Assembly (NCBI RefSeq): GCF_001725415.1
Contig: NZ_MEGH01000019.1
Span: forward strand, 2,795-66,794
Source of the DNA: Pseudonocardia sp. SCN 73-27
Lineage (GTDB): Bacteria; Actinomycetota; Actinomycetes; Mycobacteriales; Pseudonocardiaceae
Direction: 5' to 3'
DNA length: 64,000 nucleotides
Numbering within the stretch: position 1 is the first letter of the stretch; every line of letters starts with the position of its first letter. Of this stretch, positions 1 through 10,140 are shown in pieces. Under the pieces are notes generated by a model. It saw only the letters and a program-made list of their open reading frames with translations. It was not told the origin of the DNA and did no database searches. The translations under genes and the position numbers were made by a program.

Positions 1-1
1 G

Positions 2-814
2 GCCAAGCCGGGCGAGTTCGGCGGCGACGTCTCGCACCTCAACCTGCACAAGACGTTCTGCATCCCGCACGGTGGCGGCGGCCCCGGCGTCGGTCCGGTC
101 GCGGTGCGCGCGCACCTCGCGCCGTTCCTGCCCGGCGACCCGCTCGACCCGAAGGGCGGCCCCGTCTCCGCCGCCGCGTACGGCTCCGCCGGCATCCTGC
201 CGATCACCTACGCCTACATCGCGATGATGGGACCGGACGGCCTCACCAGGGCCACCGCGTCCGCGGTCCTGTCGGCCAACTACCTGGCGCGGCGCCTCGA
301 CGAGCACTACCCGGTCCTCTACACCGGCCCGGGCGGGCTGGTCGCGCACGAGTGCATCCTGGACCTGCGCGCGATCACCAAGCAGACCGGCGTCACCGCC
401 GAGGACGTCGCCAAGCGCCTCATCGACTACGGCTTCCACGCCCCGACGCTGTCGTTCCCTGTCGCGGGCACGCTGATGGTCGAGCCGACGGAGTCGGAGT
501 CGCTGGCCGAGATCGACCGCTTCATCGACGCGATGATCGCCATCAAGGGTGAGATCGACAAGGTCGGCGACGGCACGTGGCCGCTCGACGAGAGCCCGCT
601 GCGCAACGCGCCGCACACCGCCGACGTCGTCCTCGTCGAGAACTGGACGCGTCCCTACACCCGTGAGCAGGCGGCCTTCCCGGTGCCGGAGCTGCGCCGC
701 GCGAAGTACTGGCCGCCGATCGGCCGCATCGACGGTGCCAAGGGCGACCGCAACCTGGTCTGCTCCTGCCCCCCGCCCGAAGCCTTCGCCACCCCCGCCC
801 TGGAGACGTCATGA
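2..814 (+). CDS. gcvP: Glycine dehydrogenase (glycine cleavage P protein), C-terminal part; 5' end lies outside the window
   Basis: Frame is open from base 2. It carries the PLP-lysine motif [19 protein letters not shown], then [14 protein letters not shown] and the C-terminal GDRNLVCSC. Confidence 0.97.
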   Translation, partial: AKPGEFGGDVSHLNLHKTFCIPHGGGGPGVGPVAVRAHLAPFLPGDPLDPKGGPVSAAAYGSAGILPITYAYIAMMGPDGLTRATASAVLSANYLARRLDEHYPVLYTGPGGLVAHECILDLRAITKQTGVTAEDVAKRLIDYGFHAPTLSFPVAGTLMVEPTESESLAEIDRFIDAMIAIKGEIDKVGDGTWPLDESPLRNAPHTADVVLVENWTRPYTREQAAFPVPELRRAKYWPPIGRIDGAKGDRNLVCSCPPPEAFATPALETS

Positions 815-1923
815 CCGCGAAGGACGACCTCGTCCGCACCCCGCTCGACGCCGAACACGAGCGCCTGGGGGCGACGTTCACCGACTTCGCCGGCTGGCGG
901 ATGCCGGTCCGGTACGACAGCGACCTCGCCGAGCACCACGCCGTCCGCAACTCGGCCGGCCTGTTCGACCTGTCCCACATGGGCGAGGTGGAGTTCGTCG
1001 GCCCGCAGGCCGCCGCGGCCCTCGACCACGCGCTCGCCGGGAAGCTCTCGGCGGTGAAGGTCGGCCGCGCCAAGTACTCGCTGCTGTGCGCACCCGACGG
1101 CGGCGTCCTCGACGACCTCGTCGTCTACCGCCTGGCCGACGACCGGTTCCTCGTCGTCGTCAACGCGTCCAACGCCGCACAGGACGCTGCCGAGCTCATC
1201 GCCCGCGCCAAGGGTTTCGACGTCGAGGTCACCGACCGCTCGGCCGGGACCGCGCTCATCGCCGTGCAGGGCCCGCACGCGCCCGACGTGCTGCGCACCG
1301 CCGAACCCGGCGTCGCGCCGATCATCGAGGAGCTGCGCTACTACGCGGCGGAGCCTGCGACGATCGCCGGCATCCACGTCCTGCTGGCTCGCACCGGCTA
1401 CACCGGTGAGGACGGTTTCGAACTCTACGTCTCCGACGAGCAGGCGCCGGCGTTGTGGAATGCTCTGCTCGCCGCGGGGGAAGAGCACGAACTGCGTCCC
1501 GCGGGCCTCGCCTGCCGCGACACCCTGCGGCTGGAGGCCGGCATGGCGCTCTACGGCCACGAGCTGACCTCGGAGACAAACCCCTTCTCCGCCGGGCTGC
1601 GCCGTGTCGTCGCCCTCGACAAGGAGTTCGTCGGCCGCGACGCGCTGGCCGCTCTCGCCGAGGATGAGCCGGACCAGGTCCTCGTCGGACTCACCGGTAC
1701 CGGCCGCCGCGCCGGCCGGGCGGAGGCGACCGTGCTGGGTCCCGACGACGCCGCCGTCGGTGTCGTCACCTCCGGTGTCCTGTCCCCGACGCTGGGCGTA
1801 CCGATCGCACTGGCCTACGTCGACCGGGGGCTGTCGGAGGTGGGCACCGAACTGCGTGTCGACGTCCGCGGCCGCAGCCAGGACTACACCGTCACCTCCC
1901 TCCCCTTCTACAAGCGCGCCTGA
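811..1923 (+). CDS. gcvT: Glycine cleavage aminomethyltransferase (T protein)
   Basis: Motifs [36 protein letters not shown] and C-terminal PFYKR; ATGA overlap with gcvP. Confidence 0.97.
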   Translation: MTAKDDLVRTPLDAEHERLGATFTDFAGWRMPVRYDSDLAEHHAVRNSAGLFDLSHMGEVEFVGPQAAAALDHALAGKLSAVKVGRAKYSLLCAPDGGVLDDLVVYRLADDRFLVVVNASNAAQDAAELIARAKGFDVEVTDRSAGTALIAVQGPHAPDVLRTAEPGVAPIIEELRYYAAEPATIAGIHVLLARTGYTGEDGFELYVSDEQAPALWNALLAAGEEHELRPAGLACRDTLRLEAGMALYGHELTSETNPFSAGLRRVVALDKEFVGRDALAALAEDEPDQVLVGLTGTGRRAGRAEATVLGPDDAAVGVVTSGVLSPTLGVPIALAYVDRGLSEVGTELRVDVRGRSQDYTVTSLPFYKRA

Positions 1924-1954
1924 CCGTCCGGCCTCAGTCCCGAGAGGACCACCG

Positions 1955-2353
1955 ATGACCTCCCCCGACATCATCCCCGAGAACCTGAGCTACACCTCCG
2001 ACCACGAGTGGATCGCCGTCGAGCCGGGCGCCACCGCCTCCGGCGAGGTCCGCGTCGGCCTGTCGTCCGTCGCGACCGACGCGCTCGGCGAGATCGTGTT
2101 CGTCGACCTGCCGGCCGTCGGCACCGAGCTGACCGCGGGCGACGCCTGTGGCGAGATCGAGTCCACCAAGTCGGTGTCCGAGCTGGTCAGCCCCGCCAAT
2201 GGCACCGTCGTGTCGATCAACCCGGCGCTCGAGGACAACCCCGCCCTCGTGGGCGAGGACCCCTACGGCGAGGGCTGGCTGTTCACCGTCGAGGTCACGT
2301 CGCTGGGCAAGGTCCTCGACGCGGCCGCCTACCGCGCCGAGAACGAGGGGTGA
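1955..2353 (+). CDS. gcvH: Glycine cleavage H protein (lipoyl carrier)
   Basis: [17 protein letters not shown], lipoyl-lysine motif ESTKSVSEL and DPYGEGWL. Start set at ATG 1955 after GAGAGG. Confidence 0.96.
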   Translation: MTSPDIIPENLSYTSDHEWIAVEPGATASGEVRVGLSSVATDALGEIVFVDLPAVGTELTAGDACGEIESTKSVSELVSPANGTVVSINPALEDNPALVGEDPYGEGWLFTVEVTSLGKVLDAAAYRAENEG

Positions 2354-2358
2354 CGGAC

Positions 2359-3651
2359 ATGTCCGAGGGAGTCCTCGACCAGTCCCTCGCCGACTTCGAC
2401 CCCGAGGTCGCCGCGCTCATCGGCCGCGAGCTCTCCCGCCAGCAGGACGGGCTGGAGATGATCGCGTCGGAGAACCACGCCCCACTCGCGGTCATGCAGG
2501 CGCAGGGCTCGGTCCTGACCAACAAGTACGCCGAGGGGTACCCGGGTCGTCGCTACTACGGCGGCTGCGAGTTCGTCGACGAGATCGAGACGCTCGCGCT
2601 CGACCGCATCAGGGCGCTCTTCGGGGCCGCGTACGCCAACGTGCAGCCCCACTCGGGTGCGCAGGCGAACGCCGCGGCGATGCAGGCGCTCATCAAGCCG
2701 GGCGACACCATCCTGGGCCTGTCGCTGGCCCACGGCGGGCATCTGACTCACGGCATGCGGATCAACTTCTCCGGCCTGCTCTACAACGTCGCCGCCTACG
2801 AGGTGTCCCCGGACGACTTCCGGGTCGACATGGACGAGGTCGAGCGGCTGGCCGAGGAGCACCAACCCCAGCTGATCATCGCCGGCTGGTCGGCCTACCC
2901 GCGCCGGCTCGACTTCGCGCGCTTCCGTCGGATCGCCGACGAGGTCGGCGCGTACCTGATGGTCGACATGGCGCACTTCGCCGGGCTCGTGGCCACCGGG
3001 CTGCACCCGTCGCCGGTGCCGCACGCGCACGTCACGACGTCGACGACGCACAAGACCCTCGGCGGCCCGCGCGGCGGCATCATCCTCACCAACGACGCCG
3101 CACTGGCCAAGAAGATCAACTCCGCGGTCTTCCCGGGTCAGCAGGGTGGTCCGCTGGAGCACGTCATCGCCGGCAAGGCGGCCGCCTTCAAGATGGCGGC
3201 CCAGCCGGAGTTCGTCGACCGCCAGCGCCGCACCCTCGAGGGCGCGCGCATCCTGGCAGAGCGCCTCACCGCCTCCGACGTCACCGATGCGGGCATCAGC
3301 GTCGTCTCCGGCGGCACCGACGTCCACCTCGTGCTGGTGAACCTCGGTGCCGACGGCATGGACGGCCGGCAGGCCGAGGACCGGCTCGCGGCCGTCGACA
3401 TCACGGTGAACCGCAACGCCGTCCCGTTCGACCCGCGCCCGCCGATGGTGACATCGGGGCTGCGAATCGGCACGGCGGCGCTGGCCACGCGTGGCTTCGA
3501 CACCGAGTCGTTCACCGCGGTCGCCGACGTCATCGCGCGTGCGCTGCTGCTGCCCGCCGACCTCCCGGCCGACGACGCGGCGATCGCCGGGCTGCGTGCC
3601 CAGGTCCAGGCGCTGGCGCGCAAGCACCCGCTCTACCCCGGCCTGGGGTGA
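2359..3651 (+). CDS. glyA: Serine hydroxymethyltransferase
   Basis: [37 protein letters not shown] and PLP motif [12 protein letters not shown]. Confidence 0.97.
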   Translation: MSEGVLDQSLADFDPEVAALIGRELSRQQDGLEMIASENHAPLAVMQAQGSVLTNKYAEGYPGRRYYGGCEFVDEIETLALDRIRALFGAAYANVQPHSGAQANAAAMQALIKPGDTILGLSLAHGGHLTHGMRINFSGLLYNVAAYEVSPDDFRVDMDEVERLAEEHQPQLIIAGWSAYPRRLDFARFRRIADEVGAYLMVDMAHFAGLVATGLHPSPVPHAHVTTSTTHKTLGGPRGGIILTNDAALAKKINSAVFPGQQGGPLEHVIAGKAAAFKMAAQPEFVDRQRRTLEGARILAERLTASDVTDAGISVVSGGTDVHLVLVNLGADGMDGRQAEDRLAAVDITVNRNAVPFDPRPPMVTSGLRIGTAALATRGFDTESFTAVADVIARALLLPADLPADDAAIAGLRAQVQALARKHPLYPGLG

Positions 3652-3655
3652 GCCC

Positions 3656-5035
3656 ATGACGGTCAGCGTGTTCGACCTGTTCTCGATCGGCATCGGCCCG
3701 TCGAGCTCGCACACGGTCGGTCCGATGCGGGCCGGTGCCCGCTTCGCCGAGGAGCTGGCCGCCGACGGCGTGCTCGACCAGGTCGCGGCGCTCGAGGTGA
3801 CCCTCTACGGGTCCCTCGCCGCGACCGGCGCCGGGCACGGCACGCTTCCCGCCGTCCTGCTCGGCCTCGAAGGCGGGTACCCCGACGTCGTGACCGGAGA
3901 GACGGTGCAGACCCGCACCGCGGAGATCGCCGACACGGGCCGGATCCGGCTCGGCGGCGTCCGAGAGGTGCCGCAGCGGATCGACGACATCGTGCTACGG
4001 CCCCGCACCGTCCTTCCCGAACACCCCAACGGGATGACCCTCACGGTCAGGGACGGTGCGGGCGCGACCCTGCGCGAGAGGACGTACTTCTCCGTCGGCG
4101 GCGGCTTCGTCCACGAGAAGGGCGAGGAACGGCCCGGTGGCGACGACGGGTCCGCGGGCCCGTTCGGCACGGCGGCGGAGCTGCTGGAGCGCTGCATCGA
4201 GTCCGGTTCGTCGATCAGCCAGGTGATGCTGGGCTTCGAGAGCTCGACGCGGTCGGAGGAGGAGGTCCGCAAGGGCCTGCTCGAGATCCGCGACGTCATG
4301 TGGGACTGCGTGGGTCGCGGCGTCACCTCCGACGGCGAACTGCCCGGCGGCCTCCACGTGAAGCGGCGCGCCCGAAGCTGGTACGAGCGGTTGCGGGTCG
4401 AGGACCCGCAGCGCGATCCCGGTTACGCACTCGACTGGGTCAACCTGGTCGCAATGGCCGTGAACGAGGAGAACGCCGCGGGTGGTCGCATCGTCACTGC
4501 ACCGACCAACGGTGCGGCGGGGATCATCCCGGCGGTCATGCACTACGCCACGCACTACACGCCGCTGGGGCTGTGCGACCCGGACGAGGCCGCGGTGCGC
4601 TTCCTGCTCGCCGCAGGGGCCATCGGCTCGTTGTACAAGGAGCTGGCCTCGATCTCGGGTGCCGAGGTGGGTTGCCAGGGCGAGGTCGGTTCGGCCGCGT
4701 CGATGGCGGCGGCCGGTCTGGCCGAGGTTCTGGCCGGCACGCCGGCGCAGGTCGAGAACGCGGCCGAGATCGCGATGGAACACAGCCTCGGGCTGACGTG
4801 CGACCCGATCGGGGGTCTCGTGCAGATCCCGTGCATCGAGCGCAACGCGATCTCGGCGGGCAAGGCGGTCAATGCGGCGCGGATGGCGCTGCGTGGCGAC
4901 GGCCGGCACCGTGTCTCGCTCGACCAGGTCATCATGACCATGCGTGAGACCGGTCGGGACATGAGTGACAAGTACAAGGAGACGTCCCGCGGCGGCCTGG
5001 CGCTCACCATTCCGGTGAACGTCATCGAGTGCTGA
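3656..5035 (+). CDS. sdaA: Fe-S-dependent L-serine dehydratase (single chain)
   Basis: [45 protein letters not shown] and [11 protein letters not shown]. Confidence 0.96.
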   Translation: MTVSVFDLFSIGIGPSSSHTVGPMRAGARFAEELAADGVLDQVAALEVTLYGSLAATGAGHGTLPAVLLGLEGGYPDVVTGETVQTRTAEIADTGRIRLGGVREVPQRIDDIVLRPRTVLPEHPNGMTLTVRDGAGATLRERTYFSVGGGFVHEKGEERPGGDDGSAGPFGTAAELLERCIESGSSISQVMLGFESSTRSEEEVRKGLLEIRDVMWDCVGRGVTSDGELPGGLHVKRRARSWYERLRVEDPQRDPGYALDWVNLVAMAVNEENAAGGRIVTAPTNGAAGIIPAVMHYATHYTPLGLCDPDEAAVRFLLAAGAIGSLYKELASISGAEVGCQGEVGSAASMAAAGLAEVLAGTPAQVENAAEIAMEHSLGLTCDPIGGLVQIPCIERNAISAGKAVNAARMALRGDGRHRVSLDQVIMTMRETGRDMSDKYKETSRGGLALTIPVNVIEC

Positions 5036-5054
5036 TCGGGAACGACGGGTCCTG

Positions 5055-5092
5055 ACCGGCCCGGGCGGAGCGTTCCGGCCCGCCCGGGCGGT
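5055..5092. terminator. GC-rich imperfect hairpin between convergent sdaA and FadR genes
   Basis: ACCGGCCCGGGCGG...CCGCCCGGGCGGT near-perfect inverted repeat with no U-tract. Confidence 0.45.
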
Positions 5093-5108
5093 ATGACACG
5101 TGTGCCCG

Positions 5109-5846
5109 TCAGCGGCCGGGGAGCTCCTTGACGGCGCCTTCCATGACCAGCGAGTCGGTCGTGCTCACCAGGTGGGCGAGCATCGCGTCGGCCGCGGCCG
5201 GGGCGTCGCCCGAGCGGATCGCGTCGTAGATGCGACGGTGGTCGGCGAGCGACGTGGCCGGCTGGCCGCTGCGCGTCAGCGACGTGGCCGAGGTCCGGTC
5301 GAGCGCCTGGCGCATGCTGTCGAGCAGGCTGATCAGGATGGGGTTGTGCGACGCCGTCGCCACCCCGACGTGGAAGCGGCGGTCGCCGACGAGGCCTGCC
5401 TCGCCGGCGTCGATCTCGCGTTCCATGTCCTCGAGCGAGGCGGCGAGATTCTTGAGGTCGGACTCGGTGGCCCGGTGCGCAGCGAGGCGGGCGCACTGCG
5501 TCTCGAGCGCCTGGCGCGTCTCCCAGATGGCCGGGTGGTCGATATGGGTCTCGACGAGCTCGGCCGCGAGCGAGGGGATGAGGTCCTCGGGGCGGCGGAC
5601 GAGGTAGATGCCGTCGCCGTGGCGGACCTCGACCTCGCCACGGGCCCGCAGCGCGGTGATGGCCTCGCGGATCGAGGAGCGTCCGACCGAGAGCTGGCGT
5701 GCGAGGTCCCGCTCCGTCATGAGCCGGTCGCCCGGCTGGAGCTGGTTGACGTCGATGAACTCGCGCAGCCGGTCGCTGACCTGTTCGTACAGCGGTCTGC
5801 GGTCCACCGGCCTGATGGGGGCGATCGCCTGCCGGTCCTGACTCAT
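5109..5846 (-). CDS. GntR/FadR-family transcriptional regulator
   Basis: N-terminal wHTH (LQPGDRLMTERDLARQLSVGRSSIREA) and FCD domain (DRRFH...ASHN, DHRRIYDAI). Confidence 0.93.
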   Translation of the reverse strand: MSQDRQAIAPIRPVDRRPLYEQVSDRLREFIDVNQLQPGDRLMTERDLARQLSVGRSSIREAITALRARGEVEVRHGDGIYLVRRPEDLIPSLAAELVETHIDHPAIWETRQALETQCARLAAHRATESDLKNLAASLEDMEREIDAGEAGLVGDRRFHVGVATASHNPILISLLDSMRQALDRTSATSLTRSGQPATSLADHRRIYDAIRSGDAPAAADAMLAHLVSTTDSLVMEGAVKELPGR

Positions 5847-5892
5847 GACACCCCCACGAAGGCGATGCTCGCGCGATCGCCAGGTGATCTGC

Positions 5893-5905
5893 TGGTCCGA
5901 TCCTA
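5893..5905. promoter_or_regulatory. Degenerate FadR-type operator overlapping a candidate -10 (TAGGAT, minus strand) of the regulator gene
   Basis: TGGTCCGATCCTA resembles the two TGGTCTGACC sites downstream. Confidence 0.4.
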
Positions 5906-6130
5906 CCCCGCCGCGACAGCCCCACCCGGATGCCGTGGAGCGGCGGGCGGGACAGGAGATGAGGCGGTGGGGGAGATTCTCCGCGGAGGCGGCGCGGCAG
6001 TGGGTGCGCGCGCCGTGGCGGGAACCGCACCGTACGGTGAAATCGCCGGTGTCGTTGCGGCGCAACGGGTCGAGGTCGCGGCGACGCGCCGGCAGAGCAG
6101 GTAACGACCAGGTCACGGGCGATGAGATGG

Positions 6131-6169
6131 TTGACACACAGGGGGCTCGTCATCAAACTGGTCTGACCA
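6131..6169 (+). promoter_or_regulatory. Candidate sigma70 promoter (TTGACA-17-CAAACT) overlapped by FadR-type operator TGGTCTGACCA
   Basis: TTGACA 6131-6136, CAAACT 6154-6159, palindrome TGGT-N3-ACCA 6159-6169. Confidence 0.65.
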
Positions 6170-6243
6170 CCAGATGACCGTGCCATGCGATGCGGTGGTG
6201 AAACCCCGCCCCCTCTGCAAGACATGACAGCGAGGAGAATGAC

Positions 6244-6723
6244 GTGCGCGCTCTTGCGGCCCTCGGTTTGACGATCGGTGTTCTGGTCGGTGTGTGGGTC
6301 TACGTCAGTGGACTCGTCGACCTGCCTCCGTGGGTCACCGTCATCATCTGGGCCGGCTTCTTCGCCGCAGGCGGCAAGTTCGGAGGCGTCCTCAGGATGG
6401 GTGCCGCCAGCCTCTCCGGCGTGCTGTGGGCCTGGCTCGCGGTGACCATCGCCGGCCTCTTCGGTGGTGCGGCGTTCGCGCTGCCCGTCATGGTCGCGAT
6501 CGCCGCGTTCATCATGTGCGTCCAGGCCGGTTGGTCGCCCCTGTCGTTCATCCCGGGGACCTTCATGGGCGCCGCGTGTCTTTTCGGCACGTCGATCGAC
6601 GTCACGTCCACGGTGATCTGCATCGTGATAGGCCTCGTCCTCGGGTTCATCTCCGAGTGGTCTGCCGGCCTGATCAGCGGTGCCGGCGAGGAGACGACCG
6701 CCGACGCTGCAGCAGGCGCTTGA
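6244..6723 (+). CDS. DUF1097-like integral membrane protein
   Basis: Hydrophobic 159-aa protein with W..FFAAGG and FIPGTFMGAACLF motifs; GAGGAG RBS before GTG. Confidence 0.75.
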   Translation: MRALAALGLTIGVLVGVWVYVSGLVDLPPWVTVIIWAGFFAAGGKFGGVLRMGAASLSGVLWAWLAVTIAGLFGGAAFALPVMVAIAAFIMCVQAGWSPLSFIPGTFMGAACLFGTSIDVTSTVICIVIGLVLGFISEWSAGLISGAGEETTADAAAGA

Positions 6724-6733
6724 GTTGCTGTCC

Positions 6734-6748
6734 AAATTGGTCTGACCG
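6734..6748. promoter_or_regulatory. Second FadR-type operator, upstream of the glutamine-synthetase-like gene
   Basis: AAATTGGTCTGACCG versus AAACTGGTCTGACCA at 6155-6169. Confidence 0.6.
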
Positions 6749-6770
6749 CCTGACCTGTTAGGAGTAGTCG

Positions 6771-8204
6771 ATGGGTTCCACCTTCATCCAGCACCACGGC
6801 TTGTGGAGCGCTGAGCAGCAGGACCAGGCCGACAAGATCGCGGCCCAGGTCAAGGAGCAGGGCCTGCGCCAGGTCCGCGTCGCCTGGGGTGACCAGCACG
6901 GCATCCTGCGCGGCAAGACCCTCGAGGCGGGTCACTTCCTGTCGGTCCTGCGCAACGGCAAGGACTTCCAGACCGCCACCCTGATCTTCGACACCACGAA
7001 CAACCCGGCCGTGCCGCCGTTCGCGGCCGACGGCTTCGGCGACCCGCGCATGACCGGTCTGCCCGACGGTGTCCTCGTGCCCGACCCCGGCACCTTCCGC
7101 ATCCTGCCGTGGCTCGACAGGACCGGCTGGGTCCTGTGCAACCTGCACTACCGCTCCGGTGAGGTCGTCCCGTTCGACACCCGCGGCATCCTGCAGTCGC
7201 AGCTCTCGCAGCTGAAGAACGAGGGCTGGAACTTCCTCGCCGGCATCGAGCTCGAGTTCTACATCACCAAGCTCGAGGACCCGCGCCTGTCGTTCGAGCA
7301 GAGCGGCTACCCGCCGGACCCGCCCCAGGTCAGCGCCGTCTCCCACGGCTTCCAGTACCTGACCGAGAACCGTGGCGACGAGATCGCCGGCATCCTCGAC
7401 ATCCTGCGCGACAACGTGGTGGCCCTCGGCCTGCCGCTCGCCACCATCGAGGACGAGTGGGGCCCCGGCCAGACCGAGTTCACGTTCGACGTGATGGAGG
7501 GCCTGGAGGCCGCCGACTCGGCGATCCTGCTGCGCAGCGCCATCAAGCAGCTCTGCCGCCGCAACGGCTACCACGCCACCTTCATGTCCCGCCCGGCCCT
7601 GCCGAACGCGTTCTCGTCCGGCTGGCACCTGCACCAGTCGCTGGGCAACGCCGAGATCGGCAACGCCTTCCCCGGCGGCGACGACGAGGTCCTGTCGGAC
7701 ACCGGTCGCCACTGGATGGCCGGCCTGCTCGAGCACGCGCGCTCCTGCTCGCTGCTCAGCACTCCCACCGTCAACGGCTACAAGCGCTACCTGCCCGACT
7801 CGTTCGCCCCGGACCGCATCGCGTGGGCCGAGGAGAACCGCGGCGCGCTCATCCGCGTCGCCGGTGGCCGCGGCGACGCGAACACCCACCTGGAGAACCG
7901 CGTCGGCGAGCCGGCCGCGAACCCGTACCTGTACCTGGCCTCCCAGGTCATCTCGGGCCGCGACGGTCTGCGCAACAAGCTCGACCCCGGCCCCTCGGCC
8001 GACGAGCCGTACCAGGCCGAGGCCGAGCGCCTGCCGGGCTCCCTGGAGGAGTCGATCCAACTCTTCGAGCAGAGCAGCCTGCTCCGTACCGAGCTCGGTG
8101 ACCCGTTCATGGAGTACCTGTCGACGGTCAAGGGCAACGAGGTCAAACGCTTCAACTCGGCAGTGACCGACTGGGAGCAGCGCGAGTACTTCGAGGTCTA
8201 CTGA
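6771..8204 (+). CDS. Glutamine synthetase-like gamma-glutamyl:amine ligase (TdnQ/AtdA1-like)
   Basis: GIELEFY, EDEWGPGQTE, SGWHLHQSL, ENRGALIR and LENRVGEPAANPYL. The N-terminus (FIQHHGLWS..EQ, PDPGTFRILPWLDRTGWVLC) resembles TdnQ rather than GlnA1. Confidence 0.88.
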   Translation: MGSTFIQHHGLWSAEQQDQADKIAAQVKEQGLRQVRVAWGDQHGILRGKTLEAGHFLSVLRNGKDFQTATLIFDTTNNPAVPPFAADGFGDPRMTGLPDGVLVPDPGTFRILPWLDRTGWVLCNLHYRSGEVVPFDTRGILQSQLSQLKNEGWNFLAGIELEFYITKLEDPRLSFEQSGYPPDPPQVSAVSHGFQYLTENRGDEIAGILDILRDNVVALGLPLATIEDEWGPGQTEFTFDVMEGLEAADSAILLRSAIKQLCRRNGYHATFMSRPALPNAFSSGWHLHQSLGNAEIGNAFPGGDDEVLSDTGRHWMAGLLEHARSCSLLSTPTVNGYKRYLPDSFAPDRIAWAEENRGALIRVAGGRGDANTHLENRVGEPAANPYLYLASQVISGRDGLRNKLDPGPSADEPYQAEAERLPGSLEESIQLFEQSSLLRTELGDPFMEYLSTVKGNEVKRFNSAVTDWEQREYFEVY

Positions 8205-8205
8205 C

Positions 8206-9252
8206 GTGATCGACGACGCCGGCGCGGGGGTGCCGGGACTTCGGGTCCTGGCAGCCTCCCGTCTTCCGGACCCGGACCCGCGATCGACTCTCACGGTCGC
8301 GGCCGCCCAGCTCGGCGGACGGTGGCTCGACGTCGGTGCGCGCATGAAGCGTCTCGCGGAGGCGGCCCAGGTGGCCGCCTCCGCGGGGGCTCAGGTGCTC
8401 GCCTTCCCTGAGACCTACCTGTCCGGTTATCCCTTCTGGCTCACCCGTACGCACGGCGCCAACTTCGACGACGCTGCGCAGAAGCAGTGCTACGCCTACT
8501 ACCTCGACTCGGCGATCGAGGTCGGCGGTCCGGAACAGCGCGAGCTCGAGGCTCTCGCGACCGACCTCGGCCTGACGATGTACGTCGGGATCACCGAGCG
8601 TGGGCATGGCCCGGCCAGTGGGTCGACCTACTGCACGCTCCTGGCGATCAAGCCCGGCGACGGGCTCGTCGGCCACCACCGCAAGCTCGTCCCGACCTAC
8701 GACGAGCGTCTGGTGTGGGCGCAGGGCGACGGCGCGGGTCTGCGGACCCACGCGGTCGGCGCGGCTCGCGTCGGCGGGCTGAACTGCTGGGAGAACTGGA
8801 TGCCGCAGGCGCGGCACGCCCTGTACGCAGACGGCGAGCAGGTGCACTTCAGCACGTGGCCGGGCGCGAGCTCGATCTGTGCCGACGTCACCCGCTTCAC
8901 CGCACTGGAGGGTCGCGTCTTCGCGATCTCCACATCGGGCATCCTCACCCTCGACGACGTCCCGGACGACTTCCCGCTGCGCGACGAGCTGCACGCGAAC
9001 TCGTCGGAGATGCCGTTCGACGGTGGTTCGGGCATCGCCGCCCCGGACGGAACGTGGCTCGTCGAGCCCGTCAAGGGCGAGGAAGGCCTGATCGTGGCCG
9101 ATCTCGACCTCCGGCAGGTCGCGCAGGCCCGCCTGACCTTCGACCCGACCGGGCACTACAGCCGGCCGGACGTCTTCGGCGTCACCGTCGACCGCACCCG
9201 GCGGGAAGCGGTGTCGTTCACCGATTCGAGCGATTCCGAGGCGAAGCAGTGA
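8206..9252 (+). CDS. Nitrilase (branch 1-type carbon-nitrogen hydrolase)
   Basis: Catalytic triad FPETYLSGYPFW (Glu), HRKLVPT (Lys), LNCWENWMP (Cys); C-terminal DPTGHYSRPDV. Confidence 0.93.
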   Translation: MIDDAGAGVPGLRVLAASRLPDPDPRSTLTVAAAQLGGRWLDVGARMKRLAEAAQVAASAGAQVLAFPETYLSGYPFWLTRTHGANFDDAAQKQCYAYYLDSAIEVGGPEQRELEALATDLGLTMYVGITERGHGPASGSTYCTLLAIKPGDGLVGHHRKLVPTYDERLVWAQGDGAGLRTHAVGAARVGGLNCWENWMPQARHALYADGEQVHFSTWPGASSICADVTRFTALEGRVFAISTSGILTLDDVPDDFPLRDELHANSSEMPFDGGSGIAAPDGTWLVEPVKGEEGLIVADLDLRQVAQARLTFDPTGHYSRPDVFGVTVDRTRREAVSFTDSSDSEAKQ

Positions 9253-9968
9253 CTGACAGCGGAACGGCCCCCGGCGCCCGGGCGGCCGAGGACACGATCC
9301 TGGTCGTCCAGCACCAGGACGACGCCGGCCCCGGCAACCTGGGGGAATGGCTGACCGACAGCGGGCTCCCGTGGGAGCTCGTCGACGCGTCGGTCGGCCC
9401 TCTGCCGGCGCCCGCTCGGTTCCGCGCCCTCGTCGTCCTCGGCAGCCGTGAGGCCGCCTACGACGAGAACGTGGCGTGGCTCGAGGCAGAGAAGGACTTC
9501 GTCCGCGCGACGATGGCGCGCGGCACGCCCATGTTCGGCATCTGCTTCGGCGCCCAGCTCCTGGCGCTGCTGCTGGGCGGGACCGTACAGAAGGCCGCGA
9601 CCATCGAGCGCGGCTGGATCCCGGTCTCCCAGTCGGTCGACGCGTCCGAGGACGACTACGCCGAGCTGGTCGACCACACGTGGTTCGAATGGCACGGCGA
9701 CGAGATCACCGCGCCCGGCTCGGCGGAGATCCTCGCCAAGGGCAGCTGTGTGCAGGCGTTCCGCCAGGACGGGCACCTCGGCGTGCAGTTCCACCCCGAG
9801 GTGACCGAGACGCAGCTCGTCCAGTGGATGGACAGCGACCGTCGGCTCACGTTGCTCGCCGAGGCCGGCGGGGAGCGGGCCGACCTGCTGGCGGACACCG
9901 CGAAGCAGCTCCCCGACGCGATCCCCGCGGCGCACCGCCTCTACTCCCGGTTCTTCCTGGGCAGGTAG
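9249..9968 (+). CDS. Class I glutamine amidotransferase-like protein (candidate gamma-glutamyl hydrolase)
   Basis: GICFGAQ nucleophile elbow, WHGD and QFHPE; GTGA overlap with the nitrilase. Confidence 0.9.
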   Translation: MTDSGTAPGARAAEDTILVVQHQDDAGPGNLGEWLTDSGLPWELVDASVGPLPAPARFRALVVLGSREAAYDENVAWLEAEKDFVRATMARGTPMFGICFGAQLLALLLGGTVQKAATIERGWIPVSQSVDASEDDYAELVDHTWFEWHGDEITAPGSAEILAKGSCVQAFRQDGHLGVQFHPEVTETQLVQWMDSDRRLTLLAEAGGERADLLADTAKQLPDAIPAAHRLYSRFFLGR

Positions 9969-10140
9969 AACGGGGAAGCGGTGGTGCCCCCCGACCAAGG
10001 CCGGCACCACCCCCCACTCGCCCGCCCCCCGGGCGCCGCCCGAGGAGCCTCCCGCTCGAGGTTCCGCGCGCCTGGAGGGAGTCGAGCCCCTGTTCCCGAC
10101 GGCTGCCGGTGCCGCACCCCCGGCGGCCGTCGGATCGACG

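Noticed and set aside
2-5035. gcvP-gcvT-gcvH-glyA-sdaA as a novelty; missing L protein; glycine riboswitch
   Set aside because: This is a known arrangement, and lipoamide dehydrogenase is usually encoded elsewhere. Any riboswitch would lie upstream, outside the window.
6771-9968. Assignment as an aniline dioxygenase (tdn/atd) cluster or as a true glutamine synthetase
   Set aside because: The ligase resembles TdnQ, but no Rieske large/small subunit or reductase is adjacent and a nitrilase is inserted. The sequence lacks the look of housekeeping GlnA1.
9969-10140. C-rich intergenic tract (possible G-quadruplex on the minus strand or ncRNA)
   Set aside because: Expected by chance at this GC content, with no recognisable RNA family features.
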